From positions 1-64,000 of the IMG/VR virus record IMGVR_UViG_3300020469_000035: a stretch of DNA of 64,000 nucleotides; one strand, 5' to 3'. The DNA comes from an uncultured virus (IMG/VR IMGVR_UViG_3300020469_000035) (taxonomy: Duplodnaviria > Heunggongvirae > Uroviricota > Caudoviricetes). The notes under the pieces are model-generated. The model was not told the origin of the DNA, did no database searches, and saw only the letters and a list, made by a program, of their open reading frames with translations. Position numbers and translations under genes: made by a program. Of this stretch, positions 32,491 through 42,800 are shown one piece after another. The stretch's first letter is position 1. Each line of letters opens with the position of its first letter.

Positions 32491-33332
32491 AACCCCAATT
32501 TCAACATGAACTAACAACAAGCTTTACATTGTGGGCGGATAATTTTATATCATCGAGGGCAGACGCGTTCAGCAATCAAACCGGAATGTTTTATGCAAAC
32601 AGCTCAGACTCAAGACTTAGCGATGGATATATTTCTTACAGCAGTCCACACAAACAATGGATTTTTGACGAAGACGTAGAAGGAGCAGTTATACCAAGTG
32701 GAGTTTATGAAAACGGAACATTCATTCCAAGAGGGCAAGACGGCCTTATGTTTGACTTTGACAACGGCAGAGTAATTTTTGATCAATCTTTTGGAGACTC
32801 GCACACCCTGTCAGGTGAGTATGCTGTAAAAGATTTTAATTTTTATATAACAAATCAAACAGAAGAGCAGTTATTAATAGACAGCAAATTTGATGTTAAC
32901 AACAGATTCAAACAAGAACCTTCGGGCATTGCTCCATACAGCCAAGTAGTTCCTGCAATTTTTATCAACCCAGAACTAGCAGAGAACGAACCATTTTCAT
33001 TCGGAGGAGAAGATAAAACCACGACAAATATAAGATGCGTTGTTTTTGCAGAAAATAGCTATCAACTAGATGGAGCATTATCTATTTTTGCAGATTCTAA
33101 AAATGAAGTATTTAAAAAATTAAATTTTGAAGATTATCCGCTCAATGAATTTGGAGATGTAACTGGATTCAATTACGGAAATTTGTCTGACAAAAAAACC
33201 TCAACCTTTCTTCACATAGAACAAGTAAGAGCTTCTAAACTCAGCGACAGAGTAAATCAGAATATTGATCCATCTTTATTCGTTGGATTCATAGATTTTG
33301 AAGTTAGCAATTTGCGCTTTCCAAGATCTTGA
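32487..33332 (+). CDS. Putative tail terminator / structural protein
   Basis: Immediately upstream of tail tube; PAIFI...N.PF..GG motif. Confidence 0.4.
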   Translation: MKPQFQHELTTSFTLWADNFISSRADAFSNQTGMFYANSSDSRLSDGYISYSSPHKQWIFDEDVEGAVIPSGVYENGTFIPRGQDGLMFDFDNGRVIFDQSFGDSHTLSGEYAVKDFNFYITNQTEEQLLIDSKFDVNNRFKQEPSGIAPYSQVVPAIFINPELAENEPFSFGGEDKTTTNIRCVVFAENSYQLDGALSIFADSKNEVFKKLNFEDYPLNEFGDVTGFNYGNLSDKKTSTFLHIEQVRASKLSDRVNQNIDPSLFVGFIDFEVSNLRFPRS

Positions 33333-33386
33333 CTTCCCTTTTCTTTATAAAAAATGTAATCAGAACAGAATTAAACCTTATTTATT

Positions 33387-34826
33387 ATGGCAAAACAATT
33401 ACCAGGACGCGCAAGAGTAATTTATCAAAGTGAAGCTTTGTATGTTGGAACAGTGGATGCCACAGGCCACCACTTCGCCAACGCTACTGACTGGAATGAC
33501 GATTCAGACTATCAATCCTACGCCACGCAAGCAGCAGCTGCAGCAGGCGCAGGAGGAGCAGGAAACGTCAGAACAGGAGTGCAACAGCTTCGCCGGGTTC
33601 AAAGTGCAAACTATAGCTTTTCTATTAACAGGCAAGACGTCAATCAATTTGGCCAACTTGCAAGAATTGACGCTGTAGCAATTGATCCCCCAACAGTTAC
33701 TCTTGATTTTTCTTATTATCTCACAAATGGAGTTAATGAAAGACTTCTAGGAATGCATGTTGGCGGAGACAAAAGCGCTCTTGACGATGAAATCGTTGGA
33801 GGCGTAACTTGCGGCGCAAACTTAAATGCAGACGGAAAAAACTTTTTTATACTCACTACATGTGAAGGGCACGATGCAGTAGGAAACACAGACTCAGAAG
33901 AAAACAAGAGCGTTATTGCTCTTGGAAATGGATATGTATCCAACTACTCTATTGAAGCTTCAGTTGGCTCGATGCCAACAGCTTCGGTTACTGTTGACGG
34001 CTTAAATCTTAGAAGCTACACAGGCACACAAAATCTTGATGTTCCTGCGGTAAACACAAATTTTGGAACTCCAATTAAGGATGTTGAATTCAGCATTCCT
34101 CCTGCGGTCAGTGGCGTACTAAATGATAGCGCTACAGACGTTTCTGCAGAAACAGAAGGTTGGGCTTGCTTACGTCCTGGAGACATCACGCTTTCTCTTG
34201 GTACAGACGGAAGAGCTGGCGAATTTGAACTTCTTCCAGGTAGTGACCCAAGAGGCGCTGTTGGACATGGAGAAACTGTAGGTGGATCTGAAATCGCAAC
34301 AGGAGCTTTTGCTCAGGGAGTTAATGACGATCCAGCCAAAGACTACACAACCCCAGGTTCGGCACACGTTCAAAGCTTTAGCATTGATGTTCCACTTTCG
34401 AGAACTGTTCTCAACAGACTTGGAACACCATACGGATACAGCCGAGTAGTAGAATACCCAGTAAATATCAGCGTTAGTGTTAGCGCAATCATGGCAGACC
34501 TAAAAGAAGGCAATATTGCAGATCTTCTTTGGGACACAGAAGAGCACGACTTGGTTTTCACTCTTCGCGAGCCAGATCGCTATGGAACCGGAGATGTAGC
34601 AATGCAATACATTGTTAAAGGAGCACTTCTTGAAGGAGAATCCTTTAGCTCAAGCATTGGAGATAACAAATCAGTTGACCTTACCTTTACCGCTCAAATC
34701 GGCGGCCCAGAGGATGATGCAAGAGGACTAAGGGTTCTTGGGTCAAGAAACGCATTGACAATTACAGGAGAATACGCAAACAAGTTCGACTTCAAAGATC
34801 TTGGCTCACCTCCATTTGGTCAATAA
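33387..34826 (+). CDS. Major tail tube protein (two-domain)
   Basis: Acidic, beta-rich; internal repeat RVQSANYSFSINRQDVNQFG / HVQSFSIDVPLSRTVLNRLG; strong terminator after it. Confidence 0.65.
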   Translation: MAKQLPGRARVIYQSEALYVGTVDATGHHFANATDWNDDSDYQSYATQAAAAAGAGGAGNVRTGVQQLRRVQSANYSFSINRQDVNQFGQLARIDAVAIDPPTVTLDFSYYLTNGVNERLLGMHVGGDKSALDDEIVGGVTCGANLNADGKNFFILTTCEGHDAVGNTDSEENKSVIALGNGYVSNYSIEASVGSMPTASVTVDGLNLRSYTGTQNLDVPAVNTNFGTPIKDVEFSIPPAVSGVLNDSATDVSAETEGWACLRPGDITLSLGTDGRAGEFELLPGSDPRGAVGHGETVGGSEIATGAFAQGVNDDPAKDYTTPGSAHVQSFSIDVPLSRTVLNRLGTPYGYSRVVEYPVNISVSVSAIMADLKEGNIADLLWDTEEHDLVFTLREPDRYGTGDVAMQYIVKGALLEGESFSSSIGDNKSVDLTFTAQIGGPEDDARGLRVLGSRNALTITGEYANKFDFKDLGSPPFGQ

Positions 34827-34848
34827 AAATTACTCTATAAGGTACTTT

Positions 34849-34880
34849 AAAAACCCGCCCCAAAAGGGGCGGGTTTTTTT
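34849..34880. terminator. Bidirectional rho-independent terminator
   Basis: AAAAACCCGCCCC-AAAA-GGGGCGGGTTTTTTT between convergent genes. Confidence 0.9.
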
Positions 34881-34884
34881 CGCT

Positions 34885-36003
34885 TCAGTCCAAAATCTTG
34901 AATCCACCAGAAGAGCTTATTCCTACTGCAAATTGAGTGGATACTTCTACTTGCCCACCGATCTGCTTTTTGTAAGATTGACTTCTTAGTTGCGCATTTT
35001 CTATAACAAATTGATTCACTACATCATGATATTGACCACTATATTTATATCTGTTAGTATGATCAATAGTCATATTATACTTGGCGCCTTCGGTAAAAAA
35101 AGATTCTATTGAGCCAGTATCGTATTCTCTAAGAATTACATCCATTGACATATCAGCCATAATAGGAAATTTTAATTTTCTATCAAAAACATAGTTACTT
35201 CCAAATCCATATATATCCTGCCTGTCAATAGGAACGCTTAACGAAACGCTCTGAATCGCAGCATCTTCAGCTTCCAATGGTATTCCTCCGTATCCTCCCG
35301 CCATTTTTTGAATGTTTAACATTATATCTCCAGGCATTATAACGTTTGCTTGAGGAACAATGTCGTACCCAAAACTTTCTTCATTTAAGTTTAGTTTTTC
35401 TTCTGATTTTTGATTATCCATTCCAAGCTTTATTGACGGCAGGGTAGGAAGTTCTTCTGGATCATAAGTTTCAAAAGTCATGTTGCTTCCTTTAAATGAA
35501 ACAGACACCCTTGGAAGTTGTCCTACAGCAGCGGTATAATTATAGTTTGTCAAAAAACAGTTGCCGATTCCAATAACGTGATATCCAGAATAGTTAATTT
35601 CATTACTCAAGTCTCTATGAAGCCCTTCGTTTGATGCGACGGCAATGATGTTGATATCATCAGAAGATCTTGAATAATTTGCATCAAACCTAGATTTCAG
35701 AATACTTCCATCTTCACCAACATGAATTCCTAATGATTTCTCATTTTCCCCACTCGAGAATAAATACTCTATGTTGCATTCCACATCAGCGTTTCTGATA
35801 ATAGGAGACTCTCCATCTTGTTGCATAAAAGAGTCAGAGCCAATAGACTTTATATCTACTGCAGGATGATTGAACCCATAGTCCATAGATTGTACTCTTA
35901 TTAAGTTTCCAGATGTAGTTCCGTTTGCCTTGTAGCCAGGAAAGTCTGTCGCCAGAATACCCAGTCGCTCATAGGTCAATCTTGTAGGAGTGCATTTAGC
36001 CAT
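34885..36003 (-). CDS. Tail tube protein paralogue
   Basis: RVQSMDYGF, IGNCFLTNY...AAVGQLP, PGDI.L, IQSVSLSVPI.RQ align with 33387..34826. Confidence 0.65.
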   Translation of the reverse strand: MAKCTPTRLTYERLGILATDFPGYKANGTTSGNLIRVQSMDYGFNHPAVDIKSIGSDSFMQQDGESPIIRNADVECNIEYLFSSGENEKSLGIHVGEDGSILKSRFDANYSRSSDDINIIAVASNEGLHRDLSNEINYSGYHVIGIGNCFLTNYNYTAAVGQLPRVSVSFKGSNMTFETYDPEELPTLPSIKLGMDNQKSEEKLNLNEESFGYDIVPQANVIMPGDIMLNIQKMAGGYGGIPLEAEDAAIQSVSLSVPIDRQDIYGFGSNYVFDRKLKFPIMADMSMDVILREYDTGSIESFFTEGAKYNMTIDHTNRYKYSGQYHDVVNQFVIENAQLRSQSYKKQIGGQVEVSTQFAVGISSSGGFKILD

Positions 36004-36011
36004 TAAACCTA

Positions 36012-36039
36012 TTACACACTTTTGCCTTATTAAGTGTAT
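36012..36039. promoter_or_regulatory. Back-to-back divergent GTGTAW late-type promoters
   Basis: TTACAC 36012-36017 (8 nt from ATG 36003) and GTGTAT 36034-36039. Confidence 0.6.
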
Positions 36040-36055
36040 TTATAAAAGACTTGCC

Positions 36056-37774
36056 ATGCCAAATAAAAGAATTTCAGACCTCACAGAGACGCTTCCTCTA
36101 ACTTCTAATCAATTAGGGTATCCCTTCAGAAGTTCTGCTTTAGTTACTTTCAATGCGGACGAGGACGCTTTATTTCTTCTAGCGAGGTCAGGCTCCCATA
36201 ATGAAAAAATAAAATATAAAGATTTAAAATTTTCCCTCACAGACAACGTTGCATATCTAACGGGAAAGCAGTTAATCAGTGGAGAAAAAACTTTCGTAGA
36301 TGAATGCACATTTCTTAGTACTACAAGAATAAACGAAATAATTGACATAACACATCAAGGAGATATTAGTGGAAATATTTTTGTCGGAGAGACAGGTTTA
36401 TTTGAACAAATAGGCGTTGGAGATAAATATTTTTTAAGAGAATCAGATATAACAAAAACCCTAGAAATAGACGGAGATTCTTTTTTTCACGGCTCGGTAG
36501 AAATTACTGGAGACGCTTATAGAAATGGCAAGGAACATCATCTTGATGGAAATTCAGAATATATAGGAGATATAAGTTTTATTGGAGATCAATTTCAAAA
36601 AGGTGATTTTGATTTACTGGGAGACTCCAAAAGATTGGGAAATATAACTCAAACAGGAAACGGTTTTTTTCACTCAGAACTAAAAGTTTACGGAGACATA
36701 AGGCTCGGAGAGTACATGTTCAGCCATCATGACCGTGCGCACGAACAGTTTTTTGAAAAAGTTGATGAAGAAAGTATTACTACATTTTTTCCAGACAACG
36801 TAATCGGTCAGCCGCACACTTTTTTAAGATTTGAGCCAGACTCAATAGAGTTAAAAGCGTCTAATTCAAAAGAATCAAGTATCAGATGGTTTGAAGACCT
36901 AGAATCAGGACTTATGCTCATGAGCGGCGCCGCATATAACCCAAATAATGCGCACGAATTATGGGAGAGGCAAGGAGGGTCGGGCATTGCCCCTCTTGTA
37001 AGCGGAGTGACCTCGGAAACAGGCAAAGCTGCGTCAATCATAATGGACAATGATTTAGAAAAGTCAATAAGATTTTACGTTGCAGAGAATGAAGAAGCGA
37101 TATCCATAACAAAATCAGGAAGTTTTGGAGTTAACGCTGAAGATCCATTTGCTCAGCTTTCGATGAGTGGAGATGCTTATATTACCCACGTAGATACCCA
37201 CGCATATGGAGAGTGGGGTCACGTATATCCTGGGCCTGAAGATGAAACGATTTGCTATAATACTGCCCTCAGAGAAGGAAAGGATAGTTATTTAATAAAT
37301 TTCCCAAAAACTTTTGATGGCGCTCCAGTTTTATCTGTTTCGGTCAAACATGAAAAAGGAGGTGTAATTATACCTTTCATGATATCCGGACTTACAGAAT
37401 CTCAGTTTAATATAAATTTTACAAGCCCCCTTCCAGACAATAACTATAAAGTAAACACTATAGCGATGTCTACGGGGGACCCAGATTGCTATGAAAGAGC
37501 AATGTTTCTTGATAAAATTCAAAGATTTACTAAACCCATTAGCGCTGGATCTTTTTCGTATCGGATTAATTTTCCGATTAACTTTGAATCGACGCCAATT
37601 GTATCCACTACAGTTGAGGGAGAAGAAAAATTTCTCCCGCATCTTATTTCAGGAATAACAACAGAAGGATACAATATAACCTTCGGAACACGACTTAAGA
37701 ACGACTATAAGATACACACAACCTCAAGCCTTGCAGGAACATACTCTAGATGCGAGCCAAACCACGAACACTGA
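36056..37774 (+). CDS. Tail fibre-associated protein with two C-terminal H-type-lectin-like repeats
   Basis: MPNKRISDL start; QLISGEKTF; Gly-Asp repeats; 2x I.FP..F...P.V...ISG.T...F.I.F. Confidence 0.6.
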   Translation: MPNKRISDLTETLPLTSNQLGYPFRSSALVTFNADEDALFLLARSGSHNEKIKYKDLKFSLTDNVAYLTGKQLISGEKTFVDECTFLSTTRINEIIDITHQGDISGNIFVGETGLFEQIGVGDKYFLRESDITKTLEIDGDSFFHGSVEITGDAYRNGKEHHLDGNSEYIGDISFIGDQFQKGDFDLLGDSKRLGNITQTGNGFFHSELKVYGDIRLGEYMFSHHDRAHEQFFEKVDEESITTFFPDNVIGQPHTFLRFEPDSIELKASNSKESSIRWFEDLESGLMLMSGAAYNPNNAHELWERQGGSGIAPLVSGVTSETGKAASIIMDNDLEKSIRFYVAENEEAISITKSGSFGVNAEDPFAQLSMSGDAYITHVDTHAYGEWGHVYPGPEDETICYNTALREGKDSYLINFPKTFDGAPVLSVSVKHEKGGVIIPFMISGLTESQFNINFTSPLPDNNYKVNTIAMSTGDPDCYERAMFLDKIQRFTKPISAGSFSYRINFPINFESTPIVSTTVEGEEKFLPHLISGITTEGYNITFGTRLKNDYKIHTTSSLAGTYSRCEPNHEH

Positions 37775-37775
37775 A

Positions 37776-39794
37776 ATGAACAAAGATAACAGAACGTCAA
37801 ACATGCAAGAGGTTTCTCGTCTTTTTGCAGACATAAATGTTCCCGCAAGCTACATTCCCCAACCAAGCGGAAACAATGACGATCAAGCTTTACTTTTAAT
37901 TTCTAGATCTGGCTCTCATAATGAAAAAATAAGCTATGGAGACTTTAAGAATTCGTTATTAGACAATGTTGTCTGTCTTACTGGAGATCAGCTTATTAGC
38001 GGAGAAAAAACCTTCGCAGATGTAACCACATTTTTAAGCAGAACAAACATCAATGAAATTATTGACATTACAGAAACTGGAGATATAAGCGGAAATGTAT
38101 TCGTAGGAGAAAGCGGTCTTTTCCAAAAGGTCGGAGTAGGACTTCACTTTACCAGAAGAGAAATGCTTGACGAGTCTTTTTTTAATCGACCTTCTAAAAG
38201 CGGAGACTGGAAATCAATAACTTTTGGAGGAGGAGTTCAAGAGCCGACTTATCTTTTTGGAAGCGATTTTAGCGGCGAGCAAATAAACCTGTCAACAGAA
38301 TCAGAGTCTAAAAACGTATATCAGCCCTCAGGATATTATGCGGCGATGATACCAGATGCGCATCAAAATAATTTAGATACATTTCTTGACGACCATGACC
38401 TATTTCCTGACGAACTTCACTATGAAATGGGAGGGGCTTGGGTTGGCATAGAGTTTGAAGAACCTTTTTTCTATAAAGGCATAAACATCTTCCCCTCAGA
38501 CAATTTAGATTTTGCAGCGGAGGACTTTAAGGTTCTTGGTTCAAATAACGGAGAAAGCTGGACTACGCTTCATGTAGAATCTGGACTTGACGCCGCCAGT
38601 TATCCCTCCTCTACAAGCGGAAACCAATTTTTTCTTCAAGATTATCTTACAACAGGATTCTCTCACTACAGATATGTTCCAACAAAAATAATAAATGCAG
38701 ATCAATGGAAAATTAAACACTTTAATTTTAGAGGAGTTAAAGATCTCCGCAGGCCATTCACTCAGAATCCGACGCACACTTTACACATCTCGGGAGACTC
38801 TTTATTTGTCGGAGATGTAACTATTTCTGGAAATACATTTATCACAGGCAACAACAGGGTAGTTGGAGATTCTTTTTTTAGAGGAGATATTCGACAGACT
38901 GGAGATTTTACCCAAACTGGAGATAACACAAGATTTGGAGATGCCTATTTAAGTGGCACCTTAAATGTTACTGGGGATGTAGATATTTATGGAGACCTTA
39001 TGGTTACAGGTGATATAGGGCTCAACGAATACTTATATCATAACGAAGACGAAGATACATACTTGCGCTTCACAGACAACCAAATAACGATATCTGCTGG
39101 AGATGAAACTCAAATAAAAATAAGGGAGTCCGGAGATGGAGATTTTATTTCTTTTACAACTTCAGGTCAAGAAAGAGCGAGAATTTTAAATGACGGAAAA
39201 TTTGCAATAAATAGCACAGAAGCGCTAGGTCAGCTTTCTGTAACAGGAGATTCATACCTTGAGAGACTTTTCGTAACTGGTTGCACAGGAGAGTGGCTGC
39301 AAGTTATGGGCACGTCAGATGAAACGGTTACTTTTGCTACTGAAATTATGGGAGGGCAAGATCGTTATCAGATTGATTTTCCAAAAACATTTGGATCGAC
39401 ACCAGTTTTATCTATTGGGTTACAAAACGATCATGGAGCCCCAATTGTTCCTCATATGATATCAGGAGTCACTCAGTCAGAATTTAATCTTTTATTTACA
39501 ACTTTTCTTGCACATGATACATATATAGTTCATACTACAGCTCGGCCAGCAAAAAGCTCTCAATATAGAACCGTAACTCAATCATTCGCGACAGACCTTG
39601 TTGTGGGGCAAGATCTTCACGAAATAATGTTTCCAGAGCCTTTTTCCGTTCCGCCCGTTGTGTCTGCGACAGTAGAAACAAACAAATATTTAATACCATA
39701 CTTGGTTTCAGGAGTAACAGAACAAAGCTACTTCGTTAAATTCGGAGCAAATACCCCTGCAAATTATAAAATTCATACTCACGCAGTCAGATAA
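37776..39794 (+). CDS. Paralogous fibre-associated protein with inserted discoidin (F5/8C)-like domain
   Basis: Same N- and C-termini as 36056 product; insert WVGIEF...FKVLGSNNGESWTTL...HYRY. Confidence 0.6.
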   Translation: MNKDNRTSNMQEVSRLFADINVPASYIPQPSGNNDDQALLLISRSGSHNEKISYGDFKNSLLDNVVCLTGDQLISGEKTFADVTTFLSRTNINEIIDITETGDISGNVFVGESGLFQKVGVGLHFTRREMLDESFFNRPSKSGDWKSITFGGGVQEPTYLFGSDFSGEQINLSTESESKNVYQPSGYYAAMIPDAHQNNLDTFLDDHDLFPDELHYEMGGAWVGIEFEEPFFYKGINIFPSDNLDFAAEDFKVLGSNNGESWTTLHVESGLDAASYPSSTSGNQFFLQDYLTTGFSHYRYVPTKIINADQWKIKHFNFRGVKDLRRPFTQNPTHTLHISGDSLFVGDVTISGNTFITGNNRVVGDSFFRGDIRQTGDFTQTGDNTRFGDAYLSGTLNVTGDVDIYGDLMVTGDIGLNEYLYHNEDEDTYLRFTDNQITISAGDETQIKIRESGDGDFISFTTSGQERARILNDGKFAINSTEALGQLSVTGDSYLERLFVTGCTGEWLQVMGTSDETVTFATEIMGGQDRYQIDFPKTFGSTPVLSIGLQNDHGAPIVPHMISGVTQSEFNLLFTTFLAHDTYIVHTTARPAKSSQYRTVTQSFATDLVVGQDLHEIMFPEPFSVPPVVSATVETNKYLIPYLVSGVTEQSYFVKFGANTPANYKIHTHAVR

Positions 39795-39819
39795 ACAAAA
39801 ACTAGTGTAATACAGAAAG

Positions 39820-42800
39820 ATGATCTCGAATAACATATTTACTTCCGACATAGTAAGCGGTCAACATTTTTACTCAGACAAGCTTATAGCAAGAACACCT
39901 CAAGGATTACACATCGTAGATGACGAAGACAACGGAATGTTTCTTGAAGACGGAGGAAACATTGGTATTGGTACTACTGACCCATCTCATAACTTACATA
40001 TTGCTGGTGGAACTCCATCGATGAAACTTGAAGGTTCGCAACCAAGAATATGGCTAAGAGAAACTGATCAAACAGATTTAAATACCCTAATTAGAAACAA
40101 CAATTCTGTTTTTGAGATTGACACAGTAAGCGATGCAGATGCTTATGTTCAAAATAGATTCGCAATTAACCATGGAAATGGTAATGTCAGGATCAATGAT
40201 TTGCTTGGTATTGGTAAAGATCCAGACGGATATCATCTTGACGTTGCGGCTCCTGGAGCTGGTGCAAATGGCATCCGAGTGCAAACAAATAATGCTTCAT
40301 CAAATGCAATAGTGCATATTGGTGGCGGAGGAAGCTCAGACATTAAATTTAAAGTAGATGGATCCGGAAGCGTAACAACTGCAAAAGATGTTACAATTGG
40401 TGGAAATCTTACGGTTAATGGAACAACTACTACGGTAAATTCAACCACGGTTACTGTTGATGATAAAAATATAGAACTCGGATCAGTTGATACTCCCACA
40501 AATACTACCGCAGATGGCGGAGGAATTACTTTAAAAGGCGCGACAGACAAAGAATTTAAATGGACCAACGCATCTAATTCATGGAATTCTAGTGAGCATC
40601 TAGGAATTGCCGATGGCAAACATCTTTTTACAGATAAAGTGCGCGCAAGAGATAACGCAGGATTATTACTTCAAGATAGTAATGGAAATGGAATTTTTAT
40701 TGAAGATGGTGGCAATGTAGGCATTGGTACTACGAATCCGTTCGTTGACTTGGATGTAAATGGAGGCACAAATACACAACTAAGATTGACTGCATCTGAC
40801 TCTCTTGGCATGAGTGCGGTAAATTTTGGTGACCAAGACAATGCAGCGGCAGGTAGGATAATCTATAGCCATGTGGATGATTCATTAAGTTTTAAAACTA
40901 ATAATGTAAACAATAGATTTACAATCGACTCCAACGGCAATGTAGGTATTGGTACCCCGAGCCCTGCCAGACTTCTGAGTGTCGAAGATTCAAGCTCAAA
41001 TGCATTCGTTTCTATAGTTTCAAAAAATGACTCTAGAAGCGCGATATTTTTTGGTGATACCGATTCAGATGGCCAAGGCAGAATTGATTATGACAACAGT
41101 GATGATCACTTGCACTTTTCAACTTCAGCTACCGAAAGAATGCGTATCGATAGCTCAGGCAATGTAGGTATTGGTACTACGAGCCCTTCAGAGAAGCTGG
41201 ATATTAGCGGAACCGTAAAAGCAACTCGTGCAAAACTTGCCGACCTAGATATACGCAGCTTTACAGAAGCAACTGCAGGAGTTATTGGCGATTTACTTCC
41301 TGCAACAAATACTTCTAAATTTGGCACTATTATTGAAACTGATCCGAATGGCCAAATGATATTTGGTATTCGCGGTAATGATGAGAATGATGCATTCAGA
41401 ATTTTAACAAAAAATTATGCTGCTTCTACCACCAATGAAGCTAGTCGCCCTTACAATTACGCTGCACTTTGCGTTGAAAGCAGCGGCAATGTAGGTATTG
41501 GTACTACGAGTCCAGAGGAGGTATTACACATCAAGAGCACTACACCGATTATAAAACTCACAGACACTAATACAAATCTATCCTCACTATTACATGCAGA
41601 TACTGGAATGGGTAGTCTTATCTTTGTAGCAGATTCCACTGCAGGGGGTACAAATCCATTTATAAGCTTTCGAACCCAAGGCACAAGTACTGCTGAGGAA
41701 AAGTTACGCATCACGGACAACGGCAATGTAGGTATTGGTACTACGACTCCTGATCATCAGTTGCATGTTGCTGGTGATGGTTATTTTGCAGGAGATTCCG
41801 TACCGAATATCGCACCCGCTGCTGGTGTGTATTTAGGTAAATCCGAAAATTCCCCATCTCACCATGTTTCCATAGTTTCCGCTGATAGTGAAAACGCATA
41901 CATAGATTTCTCAAACACAACAAGAGACGCAATTGGAAGAATATTATATGCCAATCCAAGTTCCTCTTGGCCTGCCGGACAAGGTTTGAGTTTTTATGCC
42001 GACTACACAGGTCAAAACAACGTCCCCGATTTTTTTATCAAATCTGACGGCAATGTAGGTATTGGTACTACAACTCCTGCAGGTACATTAGAGTTATCAT
42101 CTACTGCTACAGATGTAAATCTATACATGGGCGGCACTCCCGTGAGTGGCGGAAGAGAACCTTGGAGGTTTCAGTCGGAGGGTGATTATTTACATATAGG
42201 GCAAAACAAAAGTTCATTTGCTCAATACATGACATTCCACGGGAGCAGTGTCGGCATTGGTACTACGACTCCATCACAAAAACTTCATGTTTATGGCACG
42301 ACATTGCTTGAGAGCTCTAATGCAAAACTTTGTGTTTGCGCGAACGGCAAAATTGAAATACAAGCAACTGTTGAGGTAGACGACGATGGAGGAAGTAAAG
42401 GTCTTTGGTTTGGAGATATCGGAGAGTCGCAATCAAAAGGATATATTGGAGGAGGAGCTTATGCGGTTAACGGTTTAGGCGCGAATGATTTTGGAATAAG
42501 CTCTAGCACTGGAAATAATTTGGCTTTTGGAATCGGCGGTGTTGGTAAAATGACAATCCTTAATAACGGCAATGTAGGTATTGGTACCGCAACCCCAGAA
42601 TCAGCACTTCACGTTGTTGGAAAAGCAACAATTGAAAGCTCGGGACCAGTATTAGTCCTTAAGGACACAGATGGTGGGGATGTAAATTCTCAAAATGGAT
42701 TTATTGACTATAGAGATCAAAACGATGCACAAAGAGGTTATGTTGGATTTGGCAGCTCAACTAATAAAGAATTTAGTATCTGGAACATGATTGGAGATAT

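Noticed and set aside
35990..36055. Upstream extensions of ORFs 35990, 44291, 47776, 50009, 59213, 61263
   Set aside because: Most extensions run through promoter motifs; downstream ATGs fit better.
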